Shown piece by piece: positions 1 to 12,401 of a stretch of DNA of 64,000 nucleotides. Position 1 is the first letter of the stretch. Every line of letters begins with the position of its first letter. The translations under genes were made by a program, and so were the position numbers. This DNA is from Squalus acanthias (Eukaryota). The notes under the pieces are model-generated. The model made no database searches. It had not been told where the DNA came from and was given only the letters and a program-made list of their open reading frames with translations. The stretch is taken from positions 73,348,001 to 73,412,000 of the forward strand of contig CM059432.1 of NCBI GenBank assembly GCA_030390025.1, written 5' to 3'.

Positions 1-463
1 GCTGTTTTTCTGGAAGGCAGTGCAATTACCAACCTCTCCAAACAGCGACCAGCTGAACAGGAGTAAAGAGGTCGATGGTGAGGATTGCGAGCACTACTTA
101 AAGCCATGCTCAGCTTTCACTGTTCGCTTGCTGATTGAGATCGACTGACTGTACGGTGTTTGAAGAGGACTTTTGATACACATCGGAAGACTTTCTGGGA
201 CATTTTGTCAAGACTTCACCAACACTGTATCAACATCTGTTCTGGAAATTATCTGAGGACTTCACCTGAAGAGAGTGAGTGCTGTACTATTGTAACTAAT
301 TGGAGACCTTATAGGAGTCACCAGGAGAAAGGAAGTGGTTGGTCATGGGGATCATGCTAGGGGTTGTAGGGGGTGGTGGTTTGTGTCAGCTTCACCTCTG
401 ACTTCTGAGCGGTTCGAATCGCTCCCACTCCCTTGGTTCTCGACCTTGGACTTATTTGGGGGT

Positions 464-1875
464 TGTGATAAAAGGTGCAGCAGACAACTGAGTTTGGTGA
501 AAAGAACTTCAATCTTTATTAAAAGGTAAAACACAAATAATAACACTCTTAATACTCCAAAGGTGGGGAACACTTTGTTACAAGTGAGGGAAATGACAGT
601 AGAACAATACTTCACCCCTCCCAACCCCACTTTACTAGCTAAGTTAGGCTTTGAAGGATCAGGGATAATGCTCACCAATCCTTTGACAGTTGGGCTAAAT
701 CGCGGTTTTGGGGTTCACTCTATATGTCGGTTGGTGTCTGCCATACCCCATACGCGGTAGAGGACTTCAACTGCGTATCTGGTCAGTCTTCGCGAGTCCG
801 CTGATGCGGTAGGATGTCGTTTTGGATTTATCTGGTGAGTACCCAATTTCTTTGGTTTAGCAGTAGGGTTTAGAGTCTTTGGGAAAATCTTACCCAGGGG
901 TAAGTCAGGAGTAGATTGTAGAGTGGAAACTTTGCGGTTCTTCGGGGTTTTCTTCCCTTGAGTTGGTCTTTGTTGGTCGCGGTGGCCTGCTATTACCCGG
1001 TCAGTTGGGGGTAATATGCGGTTGTTGGTTTCTTGAGGTCTTTGGTTTCCGCGATGGTTTTAGGCCTTGTCTAGTGTGTTGGTTGACCTCGTGGAGCTGT
1101 CGGTGACTTGTTGCTGCTTGTTGCTCCGGGTGACTGTGTTGGGACTGTTGTTGGAGGTCCGTCGAGGTGGTATCTTCACGAGCTGGACTCAGGTGTGTCT
1201 GAGTGGTGAGCGATGCCGACTCGCTTCCAGCTCGGCTTGTCTTCTTCCTTGTTTCTTCTTCTTCTGATGACCACCCTGAACTGCTTAACGGGCCTTCAAT
1301 TATACTGAATTGAAGTGGCCTTATCTACCCGCCAAATCTGCTCAGTTCATTGTCTGATTTTGGCAGGCCTGTTACCAGTAACTGCTCTGTAAGTGTCAAA
1401 TGGCTTTTGGGATGGCTTGCATCCTGTCGATCTCCTTGGTTGATCACTGGTTATTGATTTCGTGTTTGGTTTTCTAGGCTGGACTCGGTCTTTCTATAGA
1501 ATGGGGTCTGAGTGGGTTTTATTATGCATGTTTCTGATGGGTCCTGTGATCAGTTTTGATGGGGCCTGTATTTTGGGTGGGACTGTCTTCTCCCAGGGTC
1601 TATTGTTCAAATGTTAATGTCTGCTGGGGCTTGAGTGGGGTCATCCTGGTTCCCCAGGCAGTGTAATTAACTGCAATAGCCAAACTGCTTTTACAGAGGT
1701 CGAGCCCACCTCCTTGTCCCTTTACAGGCCCAGACATGTTTTTAAAATGCCAAAACTTGGTTTTTGGTCTTAAATTCCTTATGTTAGGCCCAAATGCATT
1801 TTTATCACTCTGAGGTAGTTCCAAAGTCCTTTTTCCTTAGGTTTTTGGGGATCTGCAAATTTTGGAAACCTTACA
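464..1875 (-). mobile_element. Solo LTR (Gypsy/ERV type), 1412 bp
   Basis: TGTGA...TTACA termini. Exact 4-bp TSD GGGT at 460-463 and 1876-1879. AATAAA on the minus strand at 515-520, ~50 bp from the end. No coding capacity. Confidence 0.75.
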
Positions 1876-1879
1876 GGGT

Positions 1880-2176
1880 TCCCCTTGGTCAGGAGGAGGA
1901 GATGAGGCCAGGCAGGGCAACACCAGCTGCTGGAGGAGAGAGGGAGAGGTGGGCAATGAGGGCTCCAGATACATGGTGACTTGCTGCATGCACCACAATC
2001 TGGCAATCATGAGAGACCAGCCGTTACCAACAGCCATTGTGCTAGAGGGTCAAGCTCAGGAGCACAAGAAGAGGAGGAGGTTGTGGAGGAGGAGGAAGCT
2101 GATGGGGACCAGGGGGAGCACTAGAGAGTTCCAGGTAGATGGCCCGCACCTGGGAGGGACGCTCACCTCCATCTAA
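1880..2176 (+). pseudogene. Internally deleted Harbinger transposase remnant (copy A)
   Basis: An N-terminal fragment is joined directly to the C-terminal motif YMVTCCMHHNLAIMRDQPLP, homologous to FVVVCCMLHNMAILRTQPMP of the intact transposase at 53824-54984. Confidence 0.75.
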
Positions 2177-4483
2177 TTGAAGACCGCTTTTGAGAGGCAT
2201 CCTCACCATCAGACTTCGAAGCACTGTTGCCACATGTCTTACCTTCCATGACTGAGGATCCATCAAGAAGTCCACCATCTGCACTCAATCCTTTCAACCC
2301 CTTCCACCTGAAGAACTCAACAAAAAAGACCACCAATTCCACCACTACCCAATTACCATAATCACTTTTTATCTAGAGCAAAAACAATGAAAACATGACA
2401 CAACCAACAGCACTTACAAATATAAAACTATTCACCCTGGTGCTTACCCTTAGTGGCTATCCTATAAGTGCTCTTGTCTACTCTGATGCTTCTGTGAAGT
2501 GCTACCTGAATGGCAGCAGTACGTGAGGTGGATGGCTGCTGAGAATCTGAACAGGGAAGTTTAGATGTCCTCGAGAGGCTGTGGGCAGTGATGGCCCGGC
2601 CTCAGACTGCACCATCTCAACATGGGCTTGAGCAGTCTGGGCCACCTGGCTGACAGACAACTGCAAGGGCAATGGTGGAGTGGAGGGGGAGGGAGCAGGA
2701 ATGCTGCCATCCAGAGAGAGGCCAGTAGGTTCCTGCTCCATGATTCCCATGCCACTACCTCGGCGCGTCTGTTCCATCAGCCCACTGATCTGCTGGAGGA
2801 CAGATCTCTGTATGCTGAGACACTCTACAAGCCCCTTTTAACTGAGGAGCTCAGTGCCACCATGGCAGCTGCTTGAGCTTCCATTGCAGCACTTTGCCGT
2901 TCCATGGAAGCTGTTTGGCATTCCATAGAAGCTGCTATGACTGCAGTGGAAGCTGCAACTTCAGTCATCAGACGCTGCATGACGTTGGCCTCCATAGGTC
3001 GCTGGGTGGAATTGCCCAGCCTCTCCTCGCTGGAAAGGATGGGTTCCAGGCTCAGTGTCAAAACACGGGTCAAGCTGGAGGCGGACTTCTCCATCCTCTT
3101 AGCCACAACCCGTAAGCTTTTAGGCGGGCTGTCCTTTGCACCAAGCATTTGCTTTGTCAAACCCATAAGCCTTCCTCTGAAGCTCGGCCCTGCGAGGTCC
3201 TCATCTGACTCCTCTACAGCAGAAATATTATGCGACGGAAAGGTGGCACCTGTGGTGTCCCTATCAACCGGCGTGGCTGCTGCCCACTAATGCCCGGTGC
3301 ATGCCACTGTGAGGATCCTTGCTCAATCCTTGCCTCTAAGTTACATGGGGTGCCAGTCTCTGAGCTGGTGCCTGCGACAGTGGTAGCGATTGATGTAGTG
3401 TTTTCTTCCTCGCTTTCCTCCTCCTCCTCTTCCTCCTGGGGGGCGAGTTGGCTCTTTCTCCTCTTCCAGTTCCTCCGGGGGATGAGGTGGATGTAAGGAA
3501 GCTGGAGTGGCCACCAATGTTCCCTCTAATTTTTATTTGTACTGCGTGGACGGCAGACTCCTCTGAGCACAACTTTTTAGTCCATGGGCAAATTCTACAA
3601 CAACGACAGCTTTCATTCACCTGAGCCAAATGAAATGATTTTGCACGATGACTTCTATTGTTAAGTGTTTAGTAATCGGAATAGTCTTCTCTTAAAGATT
3701 GGTTTTATTACACACATAATGCGTCTCCCTCATTAAAAACCAGTTGATTCTAACTTGCTAAAGTCAAAATTGACACAGATCTCGTACACCTTTAGCCACA
3801 CGTATGCCTTCCTTGCTCTTATCTGCATGAACAGAAAGAAGATAGCAGAAACCCATTTTTCTGAACAAGCAAGGTCGCTGCAAAGCGATCGGCAGCTCTA
3901 CTTGACAAGAATGGACGGCGGGAGTAGAATACCACACCGTTCTTCATGTCAGACTCAAGTCTAGTAACAACTTTTGAGATTTAGGAGAAACGTTGCCTCT
4001 TGGTTTCAGGGTCAGTTTAGGATGCATTCTGTGCAATAGGGACCTGCAAATCAATTTTAGTATTTAAAAAATGTGTTTCCCCAAGAAGATTTGGCAAACA
4101 CTCAGTTTTTAAATGTACAATGTCGTTTCATTTACCGTGTTTGGATTTTTTCAACTCCCCCACTTTTTTTGTGGCCAAAAAAGGAACTAGATTGAAAGGG
4201 GTGAAGCGTTTGCAGAAAGCTGCTAAGTGCAGGTTGGGGAGGGTTGAAGTTGTCTGCCTCTTCGCACGCGCTTTAACCGGAGCAGGACAGCCGAGGAATC
4301 GAGTCTGGGATTGTTTAAACAGTGTCCTAGCAACCATGCACACCCTGAGCAAGCTCGTGACTGCTAGGGAAGGATTCAAAGACATTCACAGACATTGCTG
4401 CATGCTGCCGCTCTGCCTTGATGCAACTGCCACTTGAGTCTCTGGCTCAATCCTCTCTGAACTGCACCACAAAGCAACGTATT

Positions 4484-5627
4484 GAATCATAGAATCATAG
4501 ACTAGTATAGCACTGAAGGAGGACATTCGGCCCATCGAGTCTGCACCGGCTCTTTTGAAGAGCAATCCAGTTAGTTCCACTCCCCTGCTCTTTCCCCATA
4601 TCCCTGCAATTTATTCTCCTTCAAATATTTATCCAATTTCCTTTTGAAGGCTACGATTGAATCTGTATCCACCACCCTATCAGGCAGTGCATTCAAATCC
4701 TAACCACTTGTTGCATAAAAAAGTTGTTCCTCATGTCGCCTCTGGTTCTTTTGCCAACCACCTTAAATCTGTGCCCTCTCATTATCAACTCTTCATCCAT
4801 TGGTAACAGTGGGGGCAAAATTCGGTTGCTTTGCACTTATTAGGGCGCAAAGCAACTAATGCCCGGGTGCGGCGCCGCGAAATTCAGCAGGAGGTTAGCG
4901 GTGGCGGTAGCGCCCCGTGGCGCTGCACCTCCGGCGATGATGTCATTGCCGTGCGCAGCGCCCCGGCCGCAAACTTCGGTTGCGCACCCTAACTTACCGC
5001 CGGATGCTATGTCCGACAGGGTCAAGGGGGTGTACATGCAGCCGGGGGGGGGGGGCAATATTTAAAAGGGAGGTGACGGGTGGCCATTTTATTTGCTGGC
5101 CACCTGCCAGCACCTGCCCCCTCTGCCATCCACCCGCGGGGTGCCGGCTGCGATTGGGCAGCCCGGCATTCCTCTTGAGTGCCGGGCTCTTTTGCCGGCA
5201 CCCCGATCCCTGGTGGTCCAGGTGGGCCTCGGGTCGCTCTGCGCAAGGCCCCTCCCCTTTAATCAGGGAAGGAAGGCCTGTAGTAACGCGATGCGACGTG
5301 CCGGCATGCATGGCACTGTGGCACGTAGTGCCGTGATATTCCCAGGGAGCGCTCCAAGAGGGAGGGGGAGCGCTTCCAGTAGCGCCCTGCCTCCTTCTTG
5401 GGGCACTACAATTGAATTTTGGGCGCGGGGGCGTTAACTTTTTTGGGGCGCTAAAAGTAGCGCCCCGGCGAAGTTAGTGCCCCAAAGGGGACGCAACCAA
5501 ATTTTTGTCCCAGTTTCTCTTTATTTACTTTGTCTAAATCCTTCATGATTTTAAGCACCTCTATCATATCTCCTCTTAGCCTTCTCAGCTCCAAGGAGAA
5601 CAACCCCAGCTTCTCCAGTCTATCCAC
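4484..5627 (-). mobile_element. CR1-clade LINE 3' fragment, split by a MITE
   Basis: Starts with (ATAGAATC)-type tail repeats and the CR1 3' hairpin region. The RT C-terminal sequence continues seamlessly across the 4811-5511 insertion. Confidence 0.8.
4811..5511. mobile_element. Harbinger-type MITE, 701 bp
   Basis: Imperfect TIRs GGGGGCAAAATTCGGTTGC / GCAACCAAATTTTTGTCCC. 3-bp TSD AGT (4808-4810, 5512-5514). GC-rich with repeated TAGCGCC motifs. Confidence 0.85.
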
Positions 5628-8600
5628 TTGTTATTCTGCATGCAACTTAAATATAATATTTGTGATATACTTGTCAATTCCCTGTTAATTTTTCTCCTTT
5701 AATATGTAATATTCAATCACTCTTTTTAGTTTTGTTGAGCAGAAAAGACCCTTTCAGTCCAGTTGGCCAGCCCTGAAGTTAAAAAAATACAATTAATCTA
5801 TTAAGTCCTGCTGTTTCAAGCCTCAGGATTTCTAACAGACGATTTTTGGTCGGGGTTGGGAGGAAGGAGAAGGCTGCATTGCTGAAATGTGAGGACATTA
5901 TATGAATGTCTAATATATCTGAAACAGGTCACTTGCTGAATTTCACGAGTTTGGAAAATTATTATCATCCACAGTATTAGCCTTGTCCAATAAAACTGGG
6001 GATATAAGTGTTGGGCAAGCGTGTCTGCTTACTTCTGCTTTTTAAAATAGATTGTTGCTGTTGTTTTGACTGCATCTCAAAGTTACATTTTTTCACAGCT
6101 GAGCCGGGCCCCTCTGCCCGCTGCCCGCCGCCCACCGCCTCCCACACAGCAAGCAACAACTCGTTTCTTCAACGGCCCTGTTTTTGTCTGGCTCCTGTTT
6201 AGATGCCTTTTTTTAAAATGAGGATCTGGTGATGAGTGCGGACCAACCTGTAGGAATTTAATCAAAAGCCAGTGGTCATAACAGAAACATTTTAAACAAA
6301 CTATTTATATAAATAAATGCGAATAAAATTCACAATTGTGGTTCTGTCGGGTAAACAACTTTCGGAAGTGGGACAAGTGCAGAATATAATCAGCCAAGCA
6401 TTTTAAGGTCATGTTATATCATATCTCTTTAAATTTTGTGTTGCGATGTGCGTGTTGTTGTGACTGCTGCCCTGTTTTTACTCTGATTCTTGCCGTGCAC
6501 ATTCAGCTTTGTAAACTGTTGGAGCTACTGGTCTCGTTTCAATTTCAACAGAAGCCTCTTAATGAACCCCAGCGTGCCGAACTGGATGCCCCCTTTATCC
6601 AGTCGTTTTCATACTAAGGGTACATGGCAGGACCAATGAGGCATTAATTGAAGCTTGAGAAAGTGCTCCCTTTAAGCAGGCACTCCTGTAGTCGGGCACA
6701 TGCTGCACTGTCTTGTCAGAAGGCAACTGATGCTTACATGTCCTCTCAGGCAGGCAGAGAAGAAACATTTCAAAGGTAGAGAAGCGTTTATAGCGGGAAT
6801 ACAATTTTTGGGGTGAAGCAAGTCTGGGTCGCCTGTTCTGACGGCCAGCCGTGTTAGTGGACTGGGTTTGTTGAGTGGCGGTGGCGTTGGAATGCTGTGC
6901 ACCTTATAAGGGCATGGCGAGTGAAGGGATGTCAGCATTGGTGCGGCAGGCTGCCTAGGGACAAGAAGGAGAGTGTGGCGGATCGCCACCTAAACGGGCA
7001 TTATCCACTTTTCCGTCCGTGGACAAAATATTGGGCACCTTGCCTTTAAGGCAGGAGAAAAGGAGTGGGCGGGGCCTCAGGGTTTTTCCAGAGAATTCTG
7101 GGAGCAGTTGGTGTCAGCCATTTTGGACCATGCAGTTGCATTAAAAAGCCTTTGTTTTCCACACATGGATTCAGTCTTAATTCGTGTTTCGCGGCAGCCT
7201 CAACAAGAGCACCGTTGGTCGATGTCAGTGGGTGCTGGGACAAAATGGTGAAGTCAAGCCATTGCAGAAATGTACTTAATGGATTTGATCTTGCGGCTGA
7301 AATGTCCCAGCACAGCTATTATAGAAAACTGCAACAAAAAAAATTACCCTTGGCAGGAGCAGCCCGAGACTTACATTGGCATTGTTTGCCGAAGCGGCTG
7401 CTCTCTGGGCAACCGTGTTCTCACTGGCAGGTCTCAGTAAAAACATCTGACTTTTCCCTCACTTCCTTCCGTCTGCATTTTATACATTTGCACAAAGCGC
7501 CATTTGCACTGAACCCGCGCTTATAGAGCACAACATTTCTAGCTGGCCATGACCGAGAGCGTGTTCATCACCTCCAATCCAGAGACACTGACTACGCTAC
7601 GCAAGAGCTGTAAGCCAATCAAATGAAATTCTCCCCCCAGCCCCCCACCTCCAGCTCGCTGCTCCTCCGTTCACAGGTTCAGCTGCACTGTATCCCGCGC
7701 TCTCTGCAGCCACTCTCACTTTGGCTGCTGGGTATTGGCCCCTCCCCCGCTCCAGCTCACTGTTGTGCGCAGCATGTGAATTTCAGTGCGCGGGACCTTA
7801 CAGATCGCTGCGTGGCCACGCACCTGCGTACCTTAGAGGGAACATTGGTAGCCACATACCTCTAGGCAATAGGTCCCCTGCTCTGCCTATGGCCATGGCG
7901 TATGCCACTCCCCTCCCGATTACCGCCAGCACTGCCTCCTCAAGTGGAGTGATCTCATGAAGTCGTGCTTCCCCTCCCCCGGTCAGGTCCTGCTGGCACC
8001 TGTTATGTGCTACTTTGTCCTGGAAGAGAAAGAGTGGTGATTGTGAATGAGTGTATCGGCAGGTGTTTGTGTGTGTGTGATGCCTCACATGGTTGAAGAG
8101 CTGTGAGATGTGTCTGAGGTGTGAGTAGTGCCTGTGAAGGATGAAATAGTGTGGGGTGTGTGAATGCCAGTATATAGTTAGATGGTATGATGAGCTTGTG
8201 ATGCTGGTGGTGGTGCAATTATTCAGAAGTGTGTTTGTGAGATGGGATCTTATCTTGACCACTCGTGGCAAATCATTCATTTTTTGCGGCACTGGAGCCA
8301 TGTCCTTTGGACAGTGCTCCTGCCTGTGACATCCTCATCGATCTCCTCCCACATCCACTGTGTTAGTTGCCTCTGTTGCCTCCTTCCCCCCTGTGGGTAC
8401 TGGACATCCCTCTTCTGCTGTACCTCCACCACCAGGACCTCCAGTGCCGCCTCTGAGAACCTGTGAGCCCTCTTCCTCGGTCCCTGAGCCATCCTAATAC
8501 GTGCCATTGTCTGTCAGCCAGTGCATTCCACACCTTCAGTGGAAGTGCATGCGTGGAGGTGTTAAATACTGCTCCAGGAAAATTGCTCCTAATCAGCACT

Positions 8601-8826
8601 TGAGTGCTATACATGCAGGTCTCCGTTTTAGCACCTTCAGGCATGTTGAAATCATAGTCACCAGCGATTAGCCCCAAAATGCGGGCTAAAACCAGACTTT
8701 TCAACAGGCGCATCTTATTAGGACAGCACCCAGTTAGCACCTGATTTCACCCATTCCCCAAAATAACGCCCATAGAGATTAAAATGAAACAGAAAATGGA
8801 GGCTTATGACAAATGTAAGGTTAATA

Positions 8827-9125
8827 ATACAACAACAACTTGTATTTATATAGCACCTTTAACATAGTAAAACATCCCAAGGCGCTGCACAGGAGTATTA
8901 TAAGACAAAAATTTTGACACCGAGCCACATAAGGAGAAAAAGCTTGGTCAAAGAGGTAGGTTTTAAGGAGCGTCTTAAAGGAGGAAAGAGAGGTAGCGAG
9001 GCGGAGAGGTTTAGGCAGGGAATTCCAGAGCTTAGGGCCTAGGCAACAGAAGGCACGGCCACCAATGGTTGAGCGATTATAATCAGGGATGCTCAAGAGG
9101 GCAGAATTAGAGGAGAGCGGATATC
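8827..9125 (-). mobile_element. L2-clade LINE 3' end
   Basis: Minus-strand ORF GGRAFCCLGPKLWNSLP...FKTLLKTYLF (L2 ORF2 C-terminus) and a (TTG)n tail. Near-identical to 18008-18595. Confidence 0.85.
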
Positions 9126-9379
9126 ACTTTCAAAGCAGGCTGTTCTTGCTGCAATGATGCTACGGCTACGGTACATAGGGGCCTCCTGCCGAGACGAATG
9201 CCACCAGGACGGCAATGCACAGTCAGTTTAGTGCCGGGCTAATGTTAATTAGTCCACAGTGCCAATTTTTCGGTCCTGCCAGTGCCATCATTTTCGGCGG
9301 CCGTTAACACCGGCCCGCAGTTGCACCGGCAGGATTTTACCGCTATCGGATTTTTGGCCCTGTGAAATTTGCTGCTTTA

Positions 9380-9903
9380 TCTCCTTCCCACTATTTGGTG
9401 GCCTATACTATATACCCAGTAGCATAATAGCTCCTCTATAATTCTTTAATTCTAATCAAATAGATTCTGTCTTTAACCCTTCAATTACATCATCCCTTTC
9501 CAGTGCTATAATAGTTTCTTTGATCAATACTGCCATCCCACTCTGGTTTTCCTTCCCTAGCTTTTCTGAATACCTTGGAGCCAGGAATAGTAAGTTCACA
9601 ATCTTCCCTTCTTTGAGCCAGGTCTCTGTTATTGCCACTATAGCATAGATCCATGTGGCGACTTGTGCCTGCAGCTCACCAACCTTATTTACCACGCTAT
9701 GTGCATTTACACACTTGCACTCCAAACCCATCTTAGACGGCCTCGTATTTGCCCCTGTCTGATCCCTCCTTTCTGAACTATTCTTTACTCTAGTGCTATT
9801 TGTCTCGCCCAGACCTCTGTGCACCTTGTTTCTCCTCTCTAATGTTTCATCCTGGTGCCCATCCCCCAGCCAAATTAGTTTAAACCCTCCCCCACAGCAC
9901 TAG
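9380..9903 (-). mobile_element. CR1 fragment (ORF1/ORF2 junction, APE endonuclease N-terminus)
   Basis: Minus-strand ORF CVNAHSVVNKVGELQAQ...AITETWLKEG, homologous to 14625-15110. Confidence 0.8.
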
Positions 9904-10025
9904 TTTTTCATGAGGGAGAAAGGAATAGAAGGATATGGTGAGATGAAGTAAGGTGGGAGGAGGCTCGTGTGGAGCATAAACTCTGGCATAGACCAGCTTC
10001 TGTGATGTAAATTCCATGTAATTCT
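9904..10025 (+). mobile_element. CR1 3' tail fragment
   Basis: AAAGGAATAGAAGGATATGG...GAGGCTCGTGTGGAGCATAAAC. A reverse-oriented relative lies at ~10430-10540. Confidence 0.55.
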
Positions 10026-10029
10026 CTGT

Positions 10030-10420
10030 AACTTGCAGACTCTGAGGTCAGTCTCCGAGGATGTGCAGCAACTGACAGGTGTGACTCTTGATTCTACAGC
10101 TCTCATTTACGGCAACATCGGAGATGCTTTTTCTTAGTTATCGGCACCAGTGGGCCACGTGGCAGCTTCACTGGAATCTGCAGCAGGCTCCCACCAATGA
10201 AGTGCTCAGGGACCAGTTGGTTCCTTCACCACCATGGAAGCCCAGACTGCAGTTCAGGTGGCAGTAGGGGAATAGGCAGCACCCTGCATCCAGACCATGG
10301 AGGCTGCAGTGCTTGCTATTGTCTCTCAGGACTTTCAGCATCTGATAGCTACCATTAGATCAGCCAGCCTGCTGATTAGATCTAGCACCCAGTGGAACAG
10401 CGATGGCTGGAGTCAACCTC
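10030..10420 (+). mobile_element. Highly decayed Harbinger Myb-partner exon-3 fragment
   Basis: Local similarity (GTGGCAGCTTC, CAGACTGC, CCCAGTGG) to exon 3 of the copies at 28960-29450 and 52900-53250. Confidence 0.35.
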
Positions 10421-11754
10421 CCTGATTATATAGAATTATCTAGAATTTTTCAGCACAGGAACAAGCCATTCAACCCAACAGGTTTATGCTCCACACGAGT
10501 CTCTTCCCACCTTACATCATCTCACCCTATCAACATAGCATAATACTGCCATCTCTCAGGACAGAAGCAAATGCTGGGGTGCGGTGTGAAAACCTGGTGG
10601 TCTCACCCTGTCAGAAGTAGTCACAAACAAATCCAGGTCTGTGTAGGCAAAATGCTGAAAGAAAACTGCTGCAAAAAAGTGCATCAGAAATCGCTATTGA
10701 AACTCTCCACACTCTTCAGGCTTATAAACTCCTCACTTTCACCTGTCTCAGCTGATCCCAGAAACAGCTGCACCTTATAAACCTCATTCTGACTTATCCC
10801 CAGTGCATTGCGAGTGTAAAAACAGGAAACTCAGAGCCACTCTGTAGGTGGACCGCGGAAAGGGCCAAAAAGTGCACGGAAATTTGGAGGGATCGATTTG
10901 GGGGCAAGAAACCGGTGTAAATGGCTGCTGCCCAATTTTGTTGCCAAAAGAAATTAATTACCCCGATTATATGCTGAAATTATGCCAGAAATAGCATGGT
11001 CTAACTGTGTTCAAAAAATCAATTTTAACTGCAAAAAAATTGGTATACTCTCCAAGTAATAATTTTAAACAAAAATAATCTCTGTAATAGTTTAAAATCG
11101 TGCAGACAGGAATGTAGGCAAACTCATTAAATGATGTTCCAAAAGCAGCACACAGGAAATTAAACTCACTGGCTGTTGTTTGATTACAGACAAAGAGGGT
11201 AGTTTTGATTTGATTTGATAAAATAACAAAAGGAATTAAGAAGGTGAGTCTGAGTCACATGATAATGCAGAGCTATGATCCAGGTACCCAGATGGTGGAT
11301 GAGATCACTGATCAGGTGCCACAGCCACAATTTAGTAAACAACCACAAGTGGCTTTACAGAGATGCTGACTCACATTTGAAAAGGTTGAAAGAGGTTTTT
11401 GCTGTGTGGGCAGAGTTCAGCTGAACTCAGTGGAAGGGTTTCCAGTAAAACACTCTAAACGTAAGGCTTAAGTTTTTGCTGTAAGGCTACTTCAGTTAGC
11501 TGTCATGCACTATTAAAGAACCGGGCTGTGTCGCTAGGATTTGTATAAACAAAATGTTAAAAAATTAAGCTTGTATGACTGTGCAGCTGTTACAAGTTAT
11601 TCTGACTGGATCAGAACAAGGCTTAATGCTAGAAACCGTAGCTAAATGTCACGTGTATTGACAAATAAAGTAGCCTCAATAAATGCTTCCCTTAGCATAA
11701 CAAGTATTAAATATTCAAGAACTGACTCCAAACTCTGTACAAATTCTCTTTTTG

Positions 11755-12330
11755 GCTTGGTAGGTAGGTGCACCACATGGTGTGGCACTGAGCTAAATGG
11801 ATCAGGTTCAATCCTTGGTCTGTGCTGAGTTAACTGATCTCACAGCAATGGTGGCACTACAATTGATCTCAATATCCCCATGCTAAGGAATAGAAGGGTG
11901 GTAGAAGTTTGGAACTCTCTTCTGCAAATGGCAATTGATGCTAGATCAATTGTTAATTTTAAATCTGAGATTGATAGATTTTTGTTAACCAAAGGTATTA
12001 AGGGATATGGGCCAAAGGCGGGTATATGGAGTTAGGTCACAGATCAGCCATGATCTCATTAAATTGTGGAACAGGCTCGAGGGGCTGAATGGCCGACTCC
12101 TGTTCCTGTGTTCCTAGAAAACTCCAGCCAGTGAACCCACTACTGAGTGCTATCCAGTGTCTCTTTCTGAAAAGTACGGGCAGTGGGTGAAGCCATTCTC
12201 TGGCCCCCCTCTCTACTCTGTCAAATAATCTGCTGACACATGTGAAAAACAGCTACTTGGCAAGATGCTGCTAGGTTGTAAGCACTCATGGAACTGTGCC
12301 CTAGCTTTCTACGGAAGAGGAGAGAAAAAG
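11755..12330 (+). mobile_element. tRNA-derived SINE-like element interrupted by a CR1 3' end
   Basis: B-box-like GGTTCAATCC at ~11806 followed by a GC-richer body that resumes after 12117. Boundaries approximate. Confidence 0.45.
11893..12117 (+). mobile_element. CR1 LINE 3' end (5'-truncated)
   Basis: Encodes RVVEVWNSL...FKSEIDRFL, followed by the 3' UTR GGGCTGAATGGCC...CCTGTTCCT. Reverse-complement match to 45624-45845. Confidence 0.85.
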
Positions 12331-12401
12331 GGGCAAAAATTAAGGATAATACTTTTATTAAACTGACATCACTATGTTAGCATGACAGAAAAAAAAGCAG
12401 T

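Larger units (their letters stand above)
3515..7847. mobile_element. hAT-superfamily DNA transposon, non-autonomous/decayed, 4333 bp including nested insertions
   Basis: Perfect 15-bp TIRs CAATGTTCCCTCTAA (3515-3529) / TTAGAGGGAACATTG (7833-7847). 8-bp TSD GTGGCCAC (3507-3514) / GTAGCCAC (7848-7855). No intact transposase ORF. Confidence 0.88.
2502..8507 (-). pseudogene. Myb/SANT-like Harbinger accessory gene (copy A), three exons, disrupted by a hAT insertion in intron 2
   Basis: Exon 1 ~8255-8507 (RAHRFSEAALEVLV...W...RTWLQCRKK-NDL). Exon 2 ~7860-8020 (DKVAHNRCQQDLTGGG). Exon 3 ~2502-3490 (acidic linker, EVAASTAVIAASME..., QTAQAHVEMVQSEAGPS). Frameshifts present. Confidence 0.8.
1..9360 (+). 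mobile_element. Degraded PIF/Harbinger transposon (copy A); left end outside the window; hosts LTR, hAT, LINE and MITE insertions
   Basis: Transposase remnants on + (CCMHHNLAIMRDQPL, ~1970-2170), a convergent Myb/SANT-like gene on - (2502-8507), and a TIR-like end ...GGATTTTTGGCCC at ~9360. Same layout as the intact copy at 51262-55496. Confidence 0.75.
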
